From: Candidatus Rubrimentiphilum sp.
Lineage (GTDB): Bacteria > Vulcanimicrobiota > Vulcanimicrobiia > Vulcanimicrobiales > Vulcanimicrobiaceae
Length of the DNA: 64,000 nt
NCBI GenBank assembly: GCA_036273135.1
Contig: DASUIF010000003.1
Span: forward strand, 122,742 to 186,741
Direction: 5' to 3'
The position numbers and the translations under genes were made by a program. The notes under the pieces are model-generated. The model had not been told where the DNA came from. It did no database searches and was given only the letters and a program-made list of their open reading frames with translations. Shown here one piece after another: positions 41,022-50,382 of the stretch. Positions within the stretch are counted from its first letter, which is position 1. Each line of letters opens with the position of its first letter.

Positions 41022-43751
41022 GTTCAAATGTCCCGGCCCCGCTTAAGATCTTTACAGAGCCTCTCCCGGGTGTGGCCGTTGTCGCGGAGGGGCTCCAAAT
41101 CTTTCGTCGTAGGTCGCGGGGTGACGCGGCTGGCCGACGCTGCACGACCCGCCGGACCGGCAACGCTTTCGCCGATCGTTCGTCCGCGGATATCGCAGCG
41201 CATCGATGCCGCCGCTGCCGGCAGAATCGTTCTGATCGTCGCCCCTGCGGGATATGGAAAATCGCTGGCGCTCTCGCACTGGCTCGTTTCCCAGCGGCGA
41301 TATCTGCGCTTCGACGTGCAGGCCGAACACAATACGCTGTTGGGATTTGCGCGCGGGATCGCCGAGGCGTTTTCTGAATTTCCCGCATTGCGTAAGACGG
41401 TCGCAACCGCATTCAAAAACAGCGCCTCAGCGGCGGCACCCGGGCATGAAATGGCGCGCTGGATGGCGGCGCATCTCGAGGGGTTTGACGGTATCATCGC
41501 GATCGACGATTTTCACCGCGCGAGCGATGATATCGAAGTTTCGCGGTTTCTCGCCTCGCTCATCGCCCGAACCAAGCCAAACGTTCGGTGGGTCTTGGCT
41601 ACGCGCTCGACGTTGGACTTGCCGGTCGCGAGTTGGCTTGCCTATGGTGAGTCGCAGTTTGTTATCGGCGACCGCGACCTCACGTTTCAAGATGACGAAA
41701 CACTCGAACTCTCCGAAAGTCGCGGCCAGGTCCTGTCGACGCGAGCGCTCCGGGGTGTCATGGAGGCCACGTCGGGCTGGCCCGTCGCATTAGGACTCGC
41801 GCTGCGAAGCGAGAGCGTGCTGAACGGAGGCGCCGAGCTATCTCACTCTACGCGCGAAGTTCTGTTCCGGTACCTGGCGGAGCAAGTTTATGCCGAGCTT
41901 TCGAACGAAGAGCGCGACCTGCTGCACTTCGCAGCCTATTTACCATCGATCGACGTCAGCGTAATCGAGATCGCCGGCTACCATAGCGCGGCGCGCGTCT
42001 TAGAAAACGTGCGGCGCAAGGCGACGTTTCTTTCGCTGAAGTCTCCGGGCAAATACGCATGCCACGATCTCTTCCGCGAATTCTTGCGCGGACAGATCGA
42101 GTTCATTGACCCATCCGAGGCAAAGCGCTTACAAGAGAAAGCGGCATCAGCTTTAGACCGCAACGGAGATATTGTGGCGGCACTTCGCCTGTATACGCAG
42201 CTGCACGCGTCCGATGTTGTGCTGCGTCTCCTGCGCGAGAACGGCTTCAGCCTCATGGACCACTCTCACGGCGATGTGGTCGAGAGCGCGTTGCGAGCCG
42301 TGCCGGCAGATTCGCGATCGTCTGACGCCATTATCCTAGGCCTGCGCGCCCAACGTGCGGCCGATGCCGGCCACTTTGAACGCGCTGAATCCTTGTTTAG
42401 GAGTGCATTGAACGCAGCGGACGAGAGCAACACTGTGGCGATGTTGGTCCTTAGGTTAGCCGTGATGATGATCAACGAAGGCAGGTCCCCTGCAGACTTG
42501 CTCGAGTTGTCGACGGACGTTCCCTCTGCAAACCTGCGAGCCGAGGTACTAAGTCTGCTTTCCGCGGACTATTCGAACCGTGGCGATGTAGAAAAAGCAA
42601 GATGGGCCATTTCTGAAGCGGAACGCCTCTGCGTCGCGCTTGATGACCAAGCAGTTATTGCTAAGGTAAATTTGCGGACATCGGTGGCCGGGATGAATAT
42701 CGGTTGCCCGGCGGCGCAAGTAAGGCGCGCTGCGCTGACCGCAGCGGATATGGCTACCCAAGCCGGCCTGTTAATGCTCGTCGGACGGGCATACACTGCA
42801 CTCGCGACCATCAGCCTGTTCCTTGACAATGATCTGCGGAAGCATGTCTATTATGCGCAAGCGGCGATGAAGCAGGCTGTGGAAAGCGGCGATCGAGATT
42901 GTCTTGAAACTGCGCTGCTTCAATTGGCATGCGCTGAGGCTCAGTTGGGTGATGGGCAACGCTTGCGGCGCTTCCTGGATGATCTCAGGAATCTACCGAA
43001 CGCACAGCGACACGACGGCATGCTGGAATCCCTGCGAGCGGTGACATTCGTTTGGGATGGCGACTTCGAAAAAGCAGAGCGCCTTATTTCGCTATTTAGG
43101 AGGCGCGGCTATAACCCCTATTATACTTTTGACAAAGCCGTAGATATGGCTTGGCACGCCCTATGTTGTGTCGCGATCGGCGACGCGGCTAACGGGTTAT
43201 CGATTTCCCATGAAGCGCTGACAATCTTTAGGGCACCGCCTATCCCGCATCCGTACGCCAAAGCGCAGTACGAGATTGCCGAGGTCATTTGCGAAATGGC
43301 ACAGGTTATGGGTCGCAGGTTGCTCGGGCTTCGTGGCCGCCGACCGGAGGTCACAAGAATCGAAACCCCGGTCGCGCTAGCGCTCAAGAGTGCCTTAACG
43401 GTTTTAAGCGAGATTGATTCGCCGGAAATCTATGAACGCGCGGTTTCGGTAGCGCTGCAAGAACTCGCGCTATACGACTCGGGCGGTATTTCCAAAACCA
43501 TTGTAGCCTGCATCGGTGCCGCAGCAGTTGCTATGCGCACACAAAATCAAGAAGAGTTACCACTAACGCCAGCGGAACTAAGCGTTATGAAAGCTGTTGG
43601 TCAGGGGTTAAGCAGTAAAGAAATAGCTTCCCAAACAGGGCGCAGCGTTCACACCGTTAGAACGCTTATCCAAAGGGCAATCGCGAAACTGGGGTGCACG
43701 AGGCGGCATGAAGCGGTTCAGGCGTTGCGCCACCGTGGGATCAAATTATAG
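41022..43751 (+). CDS. MalT/LuxR-family STAND ATPase transcriptional regulator (paralog 1)
   Basis: Walker A LIVAPAGYGKS, Walker B IIAIDDFH, GWPVALGLAL, long helical-repeat region. C-terminal LuxR HTH LTPAELSVMKAVGQGLSSKEIASQTGRSVHTVRTLIQRAIAKLG. Start uncertain: ORF track 40974, first ATG 41022, and the GTG at 41121 gives an N-terminus matching paralog 2. Confidence 0.85.
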   Translation, partial: VQMSRPRLRSLQSLSRVWPLSRRGSKSFVVGRGVTRLADAARPAGPATLSPIVRPRISQRIDAAAAGRIVLIVAPAGYGKSLALSHWLVSQRRYLRFDVQAEHNTLLGFARGIAEAFSEFPALRKTVATAFKNSASAAAPGHEMARWMAAHLEGFDGIIAIDDFHRASDDIEVSRFLASLIARTKPNVRWVLATRSTLDLPVASWLAYGESQFVIGDRDLTFQDDETLELSESRGQVLSTRALRGVMEATSGWPVALGLALRSESVLNGGAELSHSTREVLFRYLAEQVYAELSNEERDLLHFAAYLPSIDVSVIEIAGYHSAARVLENVRRKATFLSLKSPGKYACHDLFREFLRGQIEFIDPSEAKRLQEKAASALDRNGDIVAALRLYTQLHASDVVLRLLRENGFSLMDHSHGDVVESALRAVPADSRSSDAIILGLRAQRAADAGHFERAESLFRSALNAADESNTVAMLVLRLAVMMINEGRSPADLLELSTDVPSANLRAEVLSLLSADYSNRGDVEKARWAISEAERLCVALDDQAVIAKVNLRTSVAGMNIGCPAAQVRRAALTAADMATQAGLLMLVGRAYTALATISLFLDNDLRKHVYYAQAAMKQAVESGDRDCLETALLQLACAEAQLGDGQRLRRFLDDLRNLPNAQRHDGMLESLRAVTFVWDGDFEKAERLISLFRRRGYNPYYTFDKAVDMAWHALCCVAIGDAANGLSISHEALTIFRAPPIPHPYAKAQYEIAEVICEMAQVMGRRLLGLRGRRPEVTRIETPVALALKSALTVLSEIDSPEIYERAVSVALQELALYDSGGISKTIVACIGAAAVAMRTQNQEELPLTPAELSVMKAVGQGLSSKEIASQTGRSVHTVRTLIQRAIAKLGCTRRHEAVQALRHRGIKL

Positions 43752-43820
43752 TCCCGCATTCGAGCGCACCTTAGAGCGCATAAGAGGAGCGAAGCCCGCC
43801 TCCTCGTAAGCGTCGTACAG

Positions 43821-46457
43821 ATGATCAGGCCCGTTTCTTCCGACGGTCGCGTGGATACCGGCGGTGTTTTTGAACCGATTGTTCGGCAGCGGATCGTAGA
43901 ACGCGTTGCGGCAGCTGCATTTCAGCCCATCGTGTTGATCGTTGCTCCCGCCGGTTATGGAAAGTCGGTAGCCGTCCGACAATATCTCGGAAGTATCGAC
44001 GGTGCTAAAGTTCGCTACGATGTGCGTTCCGAGCACAGTAACCTGCTAGGCTTCTTGCGCGGTTTCGCTGAGGCGTTTTCCGAAGTCGCTCCTGGTGCAC
44101 GTAAGACGCTCTCCGGCGCCTACGAGAAGAACCGCTCGTCGGTATCTCCAGCTTCCGACTTGGCGATGTGGATGTACGCGCACATTAAGACCTATACCGG
44201 CATTATAGCTATTGACGATTTTCACATAACCGAGAATGATCCCGAAATTGCCCGCTTTTTAGTTTCGCTCATAGAAAGAACCAAGGGTAGGGCACGTTGG
44301 ATCCTTGCCTCGCGCTCGACGACCAATCTTCCAGTCGGATCCTGGTTAGCGTACGGCCATATGGACCTAACTGTCGACGAACAAGACTTACGATTTACTC
44401 CAGAAGAAGCCCGGCAGGCGGCAAAGTCCACCCGCGTTTCGGTGCGCGATGAGGAACTTAACGAGATACTTTCCATGACGCACGGCTGGCCGACGGCTTT
44501 GAGTTTTGCCCTGCGGAGCTCAACGCGGTCGGTCGACCTCAGAAATATCACGGCTACCACCCGCGAAATGATCTATCAGTATCTCGCCGAGCAAGTTTAT
44601 AACACGCTTGGTGCCGAGGAGCGCGATCTTTTGCACTTATCGTCGTATCTCGGTGAGATTAACGCTGACATCCTCAGGCGAGCTGGCTACGATACCGCTC
44701 GCGGAGCCATAGAATCTCTACGTCAACGCGTGGCATTTATTTATCCTGACAGCCCGGGAACCTATAAATGTCATGATCTCTTTAAAGATTTCTTGCAACA
44801 TCAACTGGAGCTCCAGGGAGACCGGGCCGTCGAATACACACGGCTACGCGCGGCGAAGGCTCTCGAGGCGGCGGGCCGCCCGGCAGCGGCCCTCTCGCTT
44901 TACGGTCAGGCGCTGGCGATGCCGGACGTTTTGCGTATTCTTGGCAGCCATGGTTTTCAACTCGCGGACGAAGGGCATGCCGACGTGGTCGATACAGCGT
45001 TAGAAAGCTTGCCCGCTGGTGTTCGAGCGACGAACCCTCTGGTTCTCGGGCTACGGGCGCTGGCAGAGGAGGATCATGGGCGGCTCGACCGAGCCGAATC
45101 TTTGCTGCAGCGCGCCCTTTCTAAGAAATGTGGAAAGAAACTTTGCGTTGAGTTGTCGCTGCGTCTAGCGTTGATTCTTATCAATCAAATGCGCGACGTT
45201 TCGGAAATGCTACAGCCGCTCGGTGGCGACCCTGATCTTCCAGTCAACCTTCAGGGCGAGATAGCAAGTCTCTTGGCCATCGCGCATGCTTATGCGGGCC
45301 GATCGAGCGAAGCCTTAGCCGCGATTGCGAAGGCGAAAGAAGCGCTAACGCATCTTGAAAGCAACGCTGACCGAGCGAAGATACTGCAACGCATCGGCGT
45401 AGCCGGTTTGCGGCTAGGCCTCCCGTTGGAAGAAACGAGGGGTGCACAGATTCGCGCCGCGTCGCTGGCGTCCGAGGAAGGCATGTTCGCTCTAGCCGGT
45501 CGCGCATTTGTAGCCCTAGCTAGCATCGCTCTCTCGTACGAGGACGATCCGGTGAAGGAGGTGTGGTATTCCCAGCAAGCTGCAAATGCGGCAATGAAGG
45601 CGGGCGACCTTGTCAACCTCCAAACCGCGTTACTGCACCTTTTGACCGTCGAGGGTAGGCGTGGAAATGTCGAACGTATTAAAGCTTTAGAGCAACAAAT
45701 CGCGCCGATTTCAACGTCCGACTCGCGGCGCATGTCATACGTGATTCCAATACGCGCGTATGTAGCGGCGTGGGAGGGCCGATTCGATGATGCTCATCGT
45801 TTAATGTCAACCATCGCTGGGAGTGATCGGTTTTTCGCACATGACCGGGCGGTAAACGCGGCTTCGGATACGCTGTTCCTGATGGCGCTTGGCCAGCGAG
45901 ATTCAGCAATTTCGATGATGAGAACGGTTTTCGCAGAGATTGAAAAAACCGACTCGAATCTGCTGTACGCGAGGCGGCAAGTCGAGATTGCAAAACTCCT
46001 GGTTGCCTTGGCGGAGAGCTTAGCGGGACGAAAGACATACGCGCAACGTGCCCTCGCGAAGGTCCCGGAACACGACGATGTTGTGACCAAGTCTTTAAGA
46101 GAAGCGGTGTTCGCAGCGTTCAAAGCCACGCAAGAGCCAGCCCTGGAAGTCGAAATTGACGAGTCCATCGACCGGCTCCACTCGATCGGATGCGGCGGAA
46201 TCGGCCTCCTAGTGAAAAGCGTATATATGGCCTGCAAACCTAGCCACTCGAACGTTAATTGCCTGGGGTTAACACCTGCCGAAACCGACGTGCTGCAAGC
46301 GCTAGCGAAAGGCCAACGACCCAAAGATATAGCCCAGGACTCTGGCCGCAGCACCTACACCGTGCAGGCTCATATCCAAAATATTATAAGGAAGCTGGGG
46401 TGTAGTGGCCGGGCCGAGGCTCTGAAAATCGCGCGCGCGAGAGGCCTAATAGCCTAA
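43821..46457 (+). CDS. MalT/LuxR-family STAND ATPase transcriptional regulator (paralog 2)
   Basis: 878 aa. Motifs: LIVAPAGYGKS, IIAIDDFH, GWPTALSFAL. C-terminal LTPAETDVLQALAKGQRPKDIAQDSGRSTYTVQAHIQNIIRKLG. Colinear similarity to paralog 1 along its whole length. Confidence 0.85.
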   Translation: MIRPVSSDGRVDTGGVFEPIVRQRIVERVAAAAFQPIVLIVAPAGYGKSVAVRQYLGSIDGAKVRYDVRSEHSNLLGFLRGFAEAFSEVAPGARKTLSGAYEKNRSSVSPASDLAMWMYAHIKTYTGIIAIDDFHITENDPEIARFLVSLIERTKGRARWILASRSTTNLPVGSWLAYGHMDLTVDEQDLRFTPEEARQAAKSTRVSVRDEELNEILSMTHGWPTALSFALRSSTRSVDLRNITATTREMIYQYLAEQVYNTLGAEERDLLHLSSYLGEINADILRRAGYDTARGAIESLRQRVAFIYPDSPGTYKCHDLFKDFLQHQLELQGDRAVEYTRLRAAKALEAAGRPAAALSLYGQALAMPDVLRILGSHGFQLADEGHADVVDTALESLPAGVRATNPLVLGLRALAEEDHGRLDRAESLLQRALSKKCGKKLCVELSLRLALILINQMRDVSEMLQPLGGDPDLPVNLQGEIASLLAIAHAYAGRSSEALAAIAKAKEALTHLESNADRAKILQRIGVAGLRLGLPLEETRGAQIRAASLASEEGMFALAGRAFVALASIALSYEDDPVKEVWYSQQAANAAMKAGDLVNLQTALLHLLTVEGRRGNVERIKALEQQIAPISTSDSRRMSYVIPIRAYVAAWEGRFDDAHRLMSTIAGSDRFFAHDRAVNAASDTLFLMALGQRDSAISMMRTVFAEIEKTDSNLLYARRQVEIAKLLVALAESLAGRKTYAQRALAKVPEHDDVVTKSLREAVFAAFKATQEPALEVEIDESIDRLHSIGCGGIGLLVKSVYMACKPSHSNVNCLGLTPAETDVLQALAKGQRPKDIAQDSGRSTYTVQAHIQNIIRKLGCSGRAEALKIARARGLIA

Positions 46458-46757
46458 CGCGTAGGGCCGACGTTAAATCGTCTAGTGAATTTTAACTAGA
46501 GACGGACCTGGGCAGAGGCCGTTATCCTCAAACTGCACCCGTAGCTGTTTGAGGAGGCCTTTAGTGGACTGGATTATTGACTTAGCTATCATCGTCGCGG
46601 CTGAAATCCCGCCGACCGTAGGATAAGCGCCACGGAAGAGATTCTAGGCCCGCGTCCCAATAGACAGAGCCCCATTTCCCTGGGGGCGGACCTTCCGCGG
46701 CTCACAAAAGCCGTTATCGAGCAGCTTCAGGATCCGACTTTAGTCGGCGATTCCGGC

Positions 46758-47621
46758 TTGGAAGGATCGATTGAAGCGCTGCTGGACCGGCTGTACATGT
46801 CGGTGAACCTTTCGAAACCTGTTGGCCTAAGCAATTGGGCCGAACGGGAAGGCAACCGGCTTGGAATTGCGCGCGCTAGCGAACTCGCGTCGGCTACCGT
46901 TCACGTGGTGACCGGCGAAGCCGTCCGGTTCGATCTGGACCACGCGCGCATGCTGGCGTTCATGGAAGTGCTGCGTTCCGAGATTGTATCGGCATTAGCA
47001 TCGCACAAGAATGGCGTTCGCAACGAACCGCCCGAATATTCCGAGAGCACGCGCGCCTTATTGGCGATGTTGGGCGAGCGGGACGCGGCGACGTGTTGCC
47101 ATTCCCGCGCCACCGGCGAATGGGCTCGCCGCCTATGCGCGGCTTTGGCGATTCCGTCCGAGACAGCGGAGCTGATAAAGCTGTGTGCGGTCTTGCATGA
47201 CATCGGCAAGATCTCCACGCCCGAGGCCATTCTTTTCAAGCGCGGCACGTTCACGGAAGAAGAGTGGGCGATCATGCGCGACCATTCAGCCACCGGGCAG
47301 CGCATACTGGATCAAATACCGACTTTGGCAAAATGCGCCCTGATCGTAAGGGCGCATCACGAGCGCTGGGACGGCACGGGTTATCCCGACGGACTGGCCG
47401 GCGAAAATATTCCGTTTGAAGCGCGCGTGGTCGCCGTCGCCGATGCTTTCCACGCAATGATCAGTGAACGTCCCTACCGGAAGGCCATCCCGCCGCGGCA
47501 GGCGCTGGAGATTCTGGAGGCGGGCCGCGGCACGCAGTGGGACGCTAGCGTCGTCGACGCGATGCTGGGCTTGTTCCGGAAATCCCGTGAGCGCCAAGAG
47601 GTCCGAGCCTCGAGCGCCTAG
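46758..47621 (+). CDS. HD-GYP domain protein (probable c-di-GMP phosphodiesterase)
   Basis: 287 aa. Motifs: LHDIGKISTP, HHERWDGTGYPDGL, VADAFHAMISERPYRKA. TTG start; the true start may be further downstream. Confidence 0.85.
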   Translation: MEGSIEALLDRLYMSVNLSKPVGLSNWAEREGNRLGIARASELASATVHVVTGEAVRFDLDHARMLAFMEVLRSEIVSALASHKNGVRNEPPEYSESTRALLAMLGERDAATCCHSRATGEWARRLCAALAIPSETAELIKLCAVLHDIGKISTPEAILFKRGTFTEEEWAIMRDHSATGQRILDQIPTLAKCALIVRAHHERWDGTGYPDGLAGENIPFEARVVAVADAFHAMISERPYRKAIPPRQALEILEAGRGTQWDASVVDAMLGLFRKSRERQEVRASSA

Positions 47622-47645
47622 CCCAAAGCTTACCGGGTAGTGGGC

Positions 47646-47680
47646 AGGGCGCACCGCGGGGTGCGCCCTTTGCTTTGTGC
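47646..47680 (+). terminator. Rho-independent terminator after the HD-GYP gene
   Basis: AGGGCGCACC-GCGG-GGTGCGCCCT (10-bp stem) followed by TTGCTTTGTG. Confidence 0.7.
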
Positions 47681-47716
47681 CACCCAGTTGGCACTCGGAA
47701 GCATCATACTCGCATC

Positions 47717-48166
47717 ATGGAGTACATGATCGGCGCGGGAGCCATTCTGGAGACGGGCGAGGCGGCCAAAGTCACGGCAGCAATGCTTCATGCCCGTGTA
47801 GACCCCATGCTGGCTCGGTCGGTCAAGGCCGCGGCCGTGGATTTTGATGGGAACTCCCCGGACACGCTGCGCCGGCTCCTGGTCCTGGTCCCCGGCTGGA
47901 ATGCCGGCCGATTTCGTTCTCGCGTGACCCATCCGCTTATCGAGCGCGGCACGTGCTCCCTGGCCGACGTACTCAGCATGCTTGCCGTTGCTGCTCAAGC
48001 GCCCGAAATCCACCTCTTCGCGCACTGGCTTCCCGATGATGCGACCTGCGCGGCCTTGGCCAAACGTGGGATCGGACTGGTCGTCCATCCATTGGAAGCC
48101 ATCGAATCCGCGGCGCTCGTCGCCGGCCAGCGGCACACGCGGTGGAAGGCGGCCCGGGCAGCCTAG
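47717..48166 (+). CDS. Hypothetical protein
   Basis: The plus-strand ORF has normal composition, whereas the overlapping minus ORF (47630-48205) is Gly/Arg-rich. The ATG at 47717 lies just past the terminator. No motif recognised. Confidence 0.4.
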   Translation: MEYMIGAGAILETGEAAKVTAAMLHARVDPMLARSVKAAAVDFDGNSPDTLRRLLVLVPGWNAGRFRSRVTHPLIERGTCSLADVLSMLAVAAQAPEIHLFAHWLPDDATCAALAKRGIGLVVHPLEAIESAALVAGQRHTRWKAARAA

Positions 48167-48207
48167 TTCAGCCATCTCTAAGGGTGAGCACCCACCATCA
48201 GTCATAC

Positions 48208-48891
48208 ATGCCCGATATGCAACCGGCTCGCATCGCGGTGGTCGACGACGACCGTTTCGTCCGCGAGATGCTCGAACTCGGCCTCTCCCGTGAGGGCTTC
48301 ATCGTAAGAACTGCAGCCGACGGCGCCGCCGCGCTTCAGCTCGTGCGTGAGTGGGTGCCCGAAGCCATCGTGCTCGACGTCATGATGCCGAAGATCGACG
48401 GACTGGCGCTATTGCCCAAGCTCCGCGAAATCACGCAGTGTCCGATCTTGATGCTGACCGCCAAGGGCGAAACCGCGGACAAGGTCGCCACGCTCGGCGC
48501 CGGCGCCGACGACTATTTGGTCAAGCCGTTCATTTTTGAAGAGCTGATCGCGCGGCTGCAAGCGAAGTTGCGGCGGCCGCAGTTGATTGAAGAACAAGTC
48601 TTGCGCTGGCACGACGTCGCGATTAACCCCGATACGCGCGAAGCATGGCACGGCCGCGACGCGCTCGATCTGACGCAGCGGGAATTCGATTTGCTAGCGG
48701 TATTCATGCGCGAGCCGCGGCGTGTCTTTAGTAAGGATCACTTGCTCGAACTCGTCTGGGGTCATGACTTCGAAGGCGGTCCGAATATCGTCGAAACCTA
48801 TATTTCATACCTGCGCGCGAAAATCGACCGGCCGGATCAAGGTTCGTTCTTTCGTACGGTGCGCGGCGTCGGCTACGGCCTGGCGCAATAA
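48208..48891 (+). CDS. OmpR-family response regulator
   Basis: RIAVVDDD...LDVMMPKIDG...LTAKG...GADDYLVKPF receiver domain, plus C-terminal wHTH LTQREFDLLAVFM...VRGVGYGL. Start at ATG 48208 or 48217, not 48142. Confidence 0.9.
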   Translation: MPDMQPARIAVVDDDRFVREMLELGLSREGFIVRTAADGAAALQLVREWVPEAIVLDVMMPKIDGLALLPKLREITQCPILMLTAKGETADKVATLGAGADDYLVKPFIFEELIARLQAKLRRPQLIEEQVLRWHDVAINPDTREAWHGRDALDLTQREFDLLAVFMREPRRVFSKDHLLELVWGHDFEGGPNIVETYISYLRAKIDRPDQGSFFRTVRGVGYGLAQ

Positions 48892-50382
48892 GTGATGAGA
48901 AGTTCGCTGGCTTCCCGTTTAGCGGGCCTTTACACGCTGCTGCTGGGGATAACCGTATTTCTGGTTATCGTCGCGTCTTCGATCGCGCTTATTTACGAAC
49001 TGACCGGGTTTAGCCGCGATATCATCGTCGCCAAACACGACGAAGCGCGCGGCCTGGCCGAACAGTATCGGATGCAAGGCGTGAGTTTAAGTAAGGCTGC
49101 GCCCGCGCTCGCGCGCGAACTGAGCGGCATCGGTTTACAGGTGGCGGTCTTCGACGAAAAAGGGAAATATTTGGCAGGCGATCGGAATTTACGCCCGCCG
49201 CTGCTCGCGCGCGTGCTCAGCGGCCAGATAGAGATGACGCAGCCGTCAGAATCGCGGACCAGGGGTTTGGGTCCTTTCCCGATCGCGCTTCCCACGGGGC
49301 GCACGGAGATGACGATTCGTCGCGGAACGGACTTCAGCGGCCCGGTCCGCGGTCGGGAATTCCGGTACTTAATAGGCGTCGTTGGCGGATTTGTGGCGTT
49401 TATGCCGTCGCCCTGGATCATTTTTGCAAATCTTGGGCCGTATTGGCTGATCATTGTCTCGATAGGCATCGTTGCGATCTTGCTCTCGTGGTTTATCGGC
49501 CGCGTCTTTTCGCGTCACGCGCTCGCGCCGTTGACCGAAGTCACGGGCTCGCTGCAGGCGCTTGCACTCGGAGACTACACGCAGCGTAGGTTTATCGCAG
49601 CCGGCGGCGACGAGATCGCGCAGTTGACCGAAGCCTACAATGATGCGGCCGCCAGCGTTGCAAGCGCGATGGACGAGCGAAAGCATACCGAAGCCCGCAT
49701 GCGCCAGTTTGTGGCCGACGCCGGTCACGAGCTGCGCACGCCATTGACCGTTATCGCAGGTTACATAGACGTTCTGCGCCGCGGCGCGATCGAAGAGCCG
49801 AAGGTCGCCAAGCAGATCCTGGCAACGATGGCGCTCGAAAAAGAACATATGCGCGGCTTGATCGATCGTTTGATGCGATTGGCGCGCATGGATGCCGAGG
49901 CGCCGCCCGAGCCGATGCCGATCGACGTCCGCGAGTTCTTGCGCGATCAATCCGATGCCGCACGCAGGCTCGATGAAGCGCGGCATATCGACTACAGCGT
50001 CGAGGGCGTCACCGAGATCTTTGCGGATCGGGGCGAACTGGGCGAAGCGTTTTGGAACATCCTTGAAAACGCTCTAAAATACGCGCCGGAAGCTCCCGTG
50101 CACTTGCGCGCGACCGTCGAAGGTGACGAAGTCGTGCTGACCGTCAGCGATCAGGGCCCCGGAATGACCGAGGGCGAGCGGCTCCATGCGTTCGAGCGTT
50201 TCTACCGCGGTGACGCGCGCGGCGAAATGCCGGGCACCGGCCTGGGCCTAGCGATTGCCAAACGGGCGGTCGATCGTGCCGGGGGCACGATTCGCATCGA
50301 CAGCGCGCCCGGGCACGGAACAACTGTAACTATCCGTCTTCCTCAGGTATTTCCCAAGGGTGAAGTGGTAAAAGAATCTTGA
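48892..50382 (+). CDS. Sensor histidine kinase (two TM, periplasmic loop, HAMP, HisKA, HATPase_c)
   Basis: 496 aa. H-box ADAGHELRTPLT, N-box NILENALKYAP, G-boxes SDQGPGM and GTGLGLAI. Start abuts the response regulator stop. Confidence 0.9.
   Translation: MMRSSLASRLAGLYTLLLGITVFLVIVASSIALIYELTGFSRDIIVAKHDEARGLAEQYRMQGVSLSKAAPALARELSGIGLQVAVFDEKGKYLAGDRNLRPPLLARVLSGQIEMTQPSESRTRGLGPFPIALPTGRTEMTIRRGTDFSGPVRGREFRYLIGVVGGFVAFMPSPWIIFANLGPYWLIIVSIGIVAILLSWFIGRVFSRHALAPLTEVTGSLQALALGDYTQRRFIAAGGDEIAQLTEAYNDAAASVASAMDERKHTEARMRQFVADAGHELRTPLTVIAGYIDVLRRGAIEEPKVAKQILATMALEKEHMRGLIDRLMRLARMDAEAPPEPMPIDVREFLRDQSDAARRLDEARHIDYSVEGVTEIFADRGELGEAFWNILENALKYAPEAPVHLRATVEGDEVVLTVSDQGPGMTEGERLHAFERFYRGDARGEMPGTGLGLAIAKRAVDRAGGTIRIDSAPGHGTTVTIRLPQVFPKGEVVKES

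Noticed and set aside
34181-46457. The three STAND ATPases as Avs-type antiviral STAND defence proteins
   Set aside because: They have MalT-like N-terminal NTPases directly at the N-terminus and DNA-binding outputs (LuxR HTH or wHTH+BTAD). No nuclease, protease, TIR or Sir2 effector domain is visible, so a transcriptional-regulator reading is more parsimonious.
47630-48205. 191-aa minus-strand ORF overlapping the 47717-48166 hypothetical gene
   Set aside because: Its composition is Gly/Arg/Pro-rich and it runs through the terminator hairpin at 47646-47680. The plus-strand ORF looks more protein-like, though neither is certain.
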